From Alkalispirochaeta sp. (GTDB lineage: Bacteria > Spirochaetota > Spirochaetia > DSM-27196 > Alkalispirochaetaceae): DNA of 64,000 nt. Below the pieces are notes generated by a model. That model saw only the letters and a list, made by a program, of their open reading frames with translations. It ran no database searches and had not been told where the DNA came from. How positions within the stretch are numbered: position 1 is the stretch's first letter; each line of letters begins with the position of its first letter. This document shows positions 60,761-64,000 of this stretch, piece after piece. The translations under genes and the position numbers were made by a program. The stretch spans positions 4,320,001 through 4,384,000 of the forward strand of contig OZ271854.1 of NCBI GenBank assembly GCA_965601925.1, written 5' to 3'.

Positions 60761-62152
60761 TCAAATGTGAATCGCCCATCCCTCGGCGGCGCGAGCCCCT
60801 TCCATAACCGCCTCCGAGAGAGTCGGATGCGCGTGGATCATACTCGCGAGATCCTCGGGTAAGAGCTCGGCCTTCTTGGCGAGCAGTAACTCGTGGATGA
60901 GCTCGGTCGCGTTGTATCCGGCGACGTGAGCCCCCAGAATTTCCCGCGTATCCTTGCGAAATACGATCTTCACTACTCCGTCGCTCTTCTCGACCGCTAC
61001 CGATTTACCGGCGCCCCGATACGGGAAGATCGCCGTTTCGAAGTCGAGCCCCGCTTCGCGTGCACGCTTCTCGGTAAAGCCGAAGCTCCCGATCTCCGGC
61101 TCGCAGTAGACCGCCGAGGGAATCGTATCGGGATCAACGTGGGTCTCGGGATGGTGCCCCGCCATGTGTTCGACGGCGATCTCGCCCTCCTTACTCGCGA
61201 CGTGGGCGAGAAGCGGAGACGGTGTGACGTCACCGATAGCGTAGATGCCCTGCGTGCTCGTCTGATAGTAGTCTCCGAGGACGACGAACCCGCGGTCGGT
61301 CTTCACACCGACGTTCTCGAGACCCAACTCCTCGGTGTTGGGCGCGCGTCCGACGGCGACCAGGAGTAGATCGGCCTTGAGGGACTCTTCGGCTCCGTCG
61401 CTCTTCTCGACGACGAGGGTGACGCCGCGCCCCTTCGTGTCGACGCTTTTGGCCTTTGTTCCGGTCATGGTGGTGACGCCGTAGCGCTTAAACGCTTTCG
61501 CGATAACGTCGACCGCATCGGCATCTTCGATCGGAAGCAGTTGGTCGAGCATCTCAATGACGGTGACATCCACACCGAAGGAACTCATTACGTAGGCAAA
61601 CTCCATCCCGATTGCACCGGCGCCTAGAATGAGGAGCTTCTTCGGGAGTTTCGTGAGACTCAGCATGTCGCGGGACGAGAGAATCTTCTTCCCGTCGAAC
61701 TCGAAACCCGGTATCTCGCGGGGACGCGAACCGGTTGCGATCAGAATATTCTTAGCGGTTACCGTCTGCTTTTCGTCGATCGACACCTCGTGGGGGCCGG
61801 CGAAGCGCGCCGTTCCGTCGATATAGGCTATTTTGTTTTTCTTCAGCAGAGCCTGCACGCCCTTCGAGAGCTTGTTTGCCGCGTCACGCGACTTTTGGTG
61901 CACCTTACCGTAATCCAACCCGGCCGTGTCGACCGCTATGCCGATTTTGCGCATGTCGTCGGCGTAATGCGCGATCTCGGCCTGATGGATCAACGCCTTG
62001 GAAGGGATACATCCCCAGTTGAGGCACACCCCACCGGGCGCCTCTTTTTCTACGACCGCGGCGCTCATTCCCAGCTGGGAGGCGCGAATCGCGGCGACAT
62101 AGCCGCCCGGTCCCGCGCCGATCACCAGCAGATCATAATCGTAATTCGCCAC
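60761..62152 (-). CDS. lpdA: Dihydrolipoyl dehydrogenase (E3)
   Basis: GAGPGG, GGVCLNWGCIPSK and HAHPTLSE motifs. Confidence 0.97.
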   Translation of the reverse strand: MANYDYDLLVIGAGPGGYVAAIRASQLGMSAAVVEKEAPGGVCLNWGCIPSKALIHQAEIAHYADDMRKIGIAVDTAGLDYGKVHQKSRDAANKLSKGVQALLKKNKIAYIDGTARFAGPHEVSIDEKQTVTAKNILIATGSRPREIPGFEFDGKKILSSRDMLSLTKLPKKLLILGAGAIGMEFAYVMSSFGVDVTVIEMLDQLLPIEDADAVDVIAKAFKRYGVTTMTGTKAKSVDTKGRGVTLVVEKSDGAEESLKADLLLVAVGRAPNTEELGLENVGVKTDRGFVVLGDYYQTSTQGIYAIGDVTPSPLLAHVASKEGEIAVEHMAGHHPETHVDPDTIPSAVYCEPEIGSFGFTEKRAREAGLDFETAIFPYRGAGKSVAVEKSDGVVKIVFRKDTREILGAHVAGYNATELIHELLLAKKAELLPEDLASMIHAHPTLSEAVMEGARAAEGWAIHI

Positions 62153-62161
62153 ATAAACCTC

Positions 62162-63463
62162 CTAAAAAATCATCCGTACCGGCTGTTCCATCATCTGCTG
62201 TAGATCGTGGATGAACCGTCCGCCGGCTGCGCCGTCGATCACTCTGTGGTCGCACGAGAGCGTCATCTTCATGATGGTACCAACGCCGAGCGCGCCGTCG
62301 GGCTTTACGACCGGTGTCGCCTTACTCGCTCCTAAGGCCAGGATCGCCGAGCCGGGAGGATTGATGATCGCGGTGAACTCCTCCACCCCGAACGACCCGA
62401 GGTTGCTGATGGTGAAGGTCGCGCCGTTATACTCTTCCGGCTTAAGCTTCCCTTCTCCCGTCTTTCGAATGAGCTCCTGCAGATCGCCGTCGATATCGAC
62501 GATACCGCGGTTTCCACAGTCGCGCACTACGGGAATCATAAGCCCGTTCCCCAGATCGACGGCCAACCCGATGTCGATACTCCCGTACTGCACGATCTTG
62601 TCGTCCTGCCACGACGAGTTAACCACGGGATGACGCTTCAGCGCTTCGGCCGCAAACTTGATGAAAAAGGCGTTGAGGGAAACTTTCGTCGGCAGCGCTT
62701 CGTTCAACATCTTGCGAGCCGCAATGATGTTCGTCATTTCTACCGACGTCTTCACGTAGAAGTGGGGGGCGCTGAACTTACTCGCTACCACGCGGCGCGC
62801 AATGGCGACTCGTTTTCCCGCAACGGGAATGACCTCATCCTCACGTGCCGGCGACGAGACGAATGCCCCGGACGCGGGCGAAGCGGCGACCGCTGCGGAG
62901 GAGACGCCGCGGAAGCTTTCGATATCGCGCTTCACGATACGTCCCGCCGGGCCGCTCCCTTTTACCAGCGCGAGATTGATATTACGCTCCGCCGCTAACT
63001 TGACCGCCAAGGGGCTCGCCTTTACGTGAGTGCCGGTCGCTGTTTGGGCGACGCGCGCCGGCTCGCTCGGGGTACGGTCGGCGGCCGGCGCCTCTTCTCG
63101 CGGCGGCGCCTCGACGGCGGGGGGAGGCGTCTCCGGCGGCGCTTCCGGCGCCGGAACGGCAGCTGAGGATGGCCCACCCGAGCCCTCGTCCGCGATCTCT
63201 TTCTCGATCGCCGCAAGGTCTTCGCCCTTCTCGCCGAAAATCGCAATCGTCTGTCCGACTCTGGCGTTACCGCCTTCGCCGACGACGATCTTTACGATCG
63301 TGCCGTCTTGCGGCGATTCATAATCCATAGAGGCTTTATCGGTCTCGACCTCACACAGTACGTCGCCCGCGGAGACCTCGTCACCCTCTTTGACGTTCCA
63401 ACTGGTTATCGTGCCCTCCTCCATCGTGGGGGAGAGGGCGGTCATCGGTATCTTTTCAGCCAT
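62162..63463 (-). CDS. pdhC: Dihydrolipoamide acetyltransferase (PDH E2)
   Basis: Lipoyl EVETDKA, Pro/Ala linker, E3-binding ASPLA...GSGPAGRI, catalytic DHRVIDGA. Confidence 0.94.
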   Translation of the reverse strand: MAEKIPMTALSPTMEEGTITSWNVKEGDEVSAGDVLCEVETDKASMDYESPQDGTIVKIVVGEGGNARVGQTIAIFGEKGEDLAAIEKEIADEGSGGPSSAAVPAPEAPPETPPPAVEAPPREEAPAADRTPSEPARVAQTATGTHVKASPLAVKLAAERNINLALVKGSGPAGRIVKRDIESFRGVSSAAVAASPASGAFVSSPAREDEVIPVAGKRVAIARRVVASKFSAPHFYVKTSVEMTNIIAARKMLNEALPTKVSLNAFFIKFAAEALKRHPVVNSSWQDDKIVQYGSIDIGLAVDLGNGLMIPVVRDCGNRGIVDIDGDLQELIRKTGEGKLKPEEYNGATFTISNLGSFGVEEFTAIINPPGSAILALGASKATPVVKPDGALGVGTIMKMTLSCDHRVIDGAAGGRFIHDLQQMMEQPVRMIF

Positions 63464-63467
63464 CGTC

Positions 63468-64000
63468 CTACTCCTTGTAACTCACTCGCTTCGCGGCATG
63501 TACGATTTTTTCTACCGACGGCTGGATCGCCAACTCGAGGGTATGGTTATACGGCATGGGAACGTCTTCGCTGTGTACCAACTCCACGGGCGCATCGAGA
63601 TCGTCAAAACAGTTTTTGCTGATCAACCACGCCACGTGAGAACCGACACTGGCGATCGGCCACGCCTCGTCGACGACGACGGCACGATTGGTTTTGCGCA
63701 CACTGGCGTAGATCGTCTCCTCGTCGATCGGACGCAAGGACCGCAGATCGACGATTTCGGCGTCCAAGCCGATGTCGGCGAGTCGGTCCGCCGCCTCCTC
63801 GACCATGCGCAAAGGCTTGCCGAAACCGATCAAGGAGACATCTTTTCCGGTTCGTTTCACGTCGGCCTTCCCGATCGGAACGAGATACTCCTCCTCGGGC
63901 ACCTCGCCGGTCCAGGCGTACGCGAGTTCGCTCTCGAGAAAGACGACGGGGTTGTCGTCGCGAATCGCCGACTTCAACAGCCCCTTGGCGTCGTACGGCG
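63468..64000 (-). CDS. pdhB: Pyruvate dehydrogenase E1 beta subunit (5'-partial)
   Basis: PYDAKGLLKSAIRDDNPVVFLE, DLRSLRP, FDDLDAPV and DVPMPY motifs. Confidence 0.93.
   Translation of the reverse strand, partial: PYDAKGLLKSAIRDDNPVVFLESELAYAWTGEVPEEEYLVPIGKADVKRTGKDVSLIGFGKPLRMVEEAADRLADIGLDAEIVDLRSLRPIDEETIYASVRKTNRAVVVDEAWPIASVGSHVAWLISKNCFDDLDAPVELVHSEDVPMPYNHTLELAIQPSVEKIVHAAKRVSYKE

Overview
GC-rich bacterial chromosomal window. Gene order and N-terminal 'A-GG-x-E' export motifs suggest a free-living spirochaete (inference). About 45 genes, mostly housekeeping or metabolic: TAXI-TRAP plus ppc, marR-wrbA, ligA, lipA, prfA-prmC-rel, a LacI/ABC pentose-catabolism cluster, tpx, bioY-ECF, trmL, proC, serS, neuB-like, acnA, msrB, a hybrid kinase and regulator, a phosphohexomutase, mutY-like, trpS and the pdhB-pdhC-lpdA end of a PDH operon. 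No rRNA, tRNA, CRISPR or mobile element was recognised. Main highlights: (1) a single 1126-aa protein fusing 2-oxoacid dehydrogenase E1alpha, E1beta, a lipoyl domain and a FabH/KAS III that lacks the two CoA-adenine-stacking residues, a candidate CoA-independent acyl-primer machine; (2) a secreted coiled-coil protein of at least 1563 aa that the ORF track missed; (3) two terminator hairpins 28 kb apart with the same anti-Shine-Dalgarno loop sequence (candidate sRNAs); (4) an uncharacterised PMI-like cupin at the isomerase position of an L-xylulose pathway; (5) a frameshifted class III cyclase pseudogene; (6) eight apparently leaderless genes. All calls come from motif reading by eye; no searches were run.
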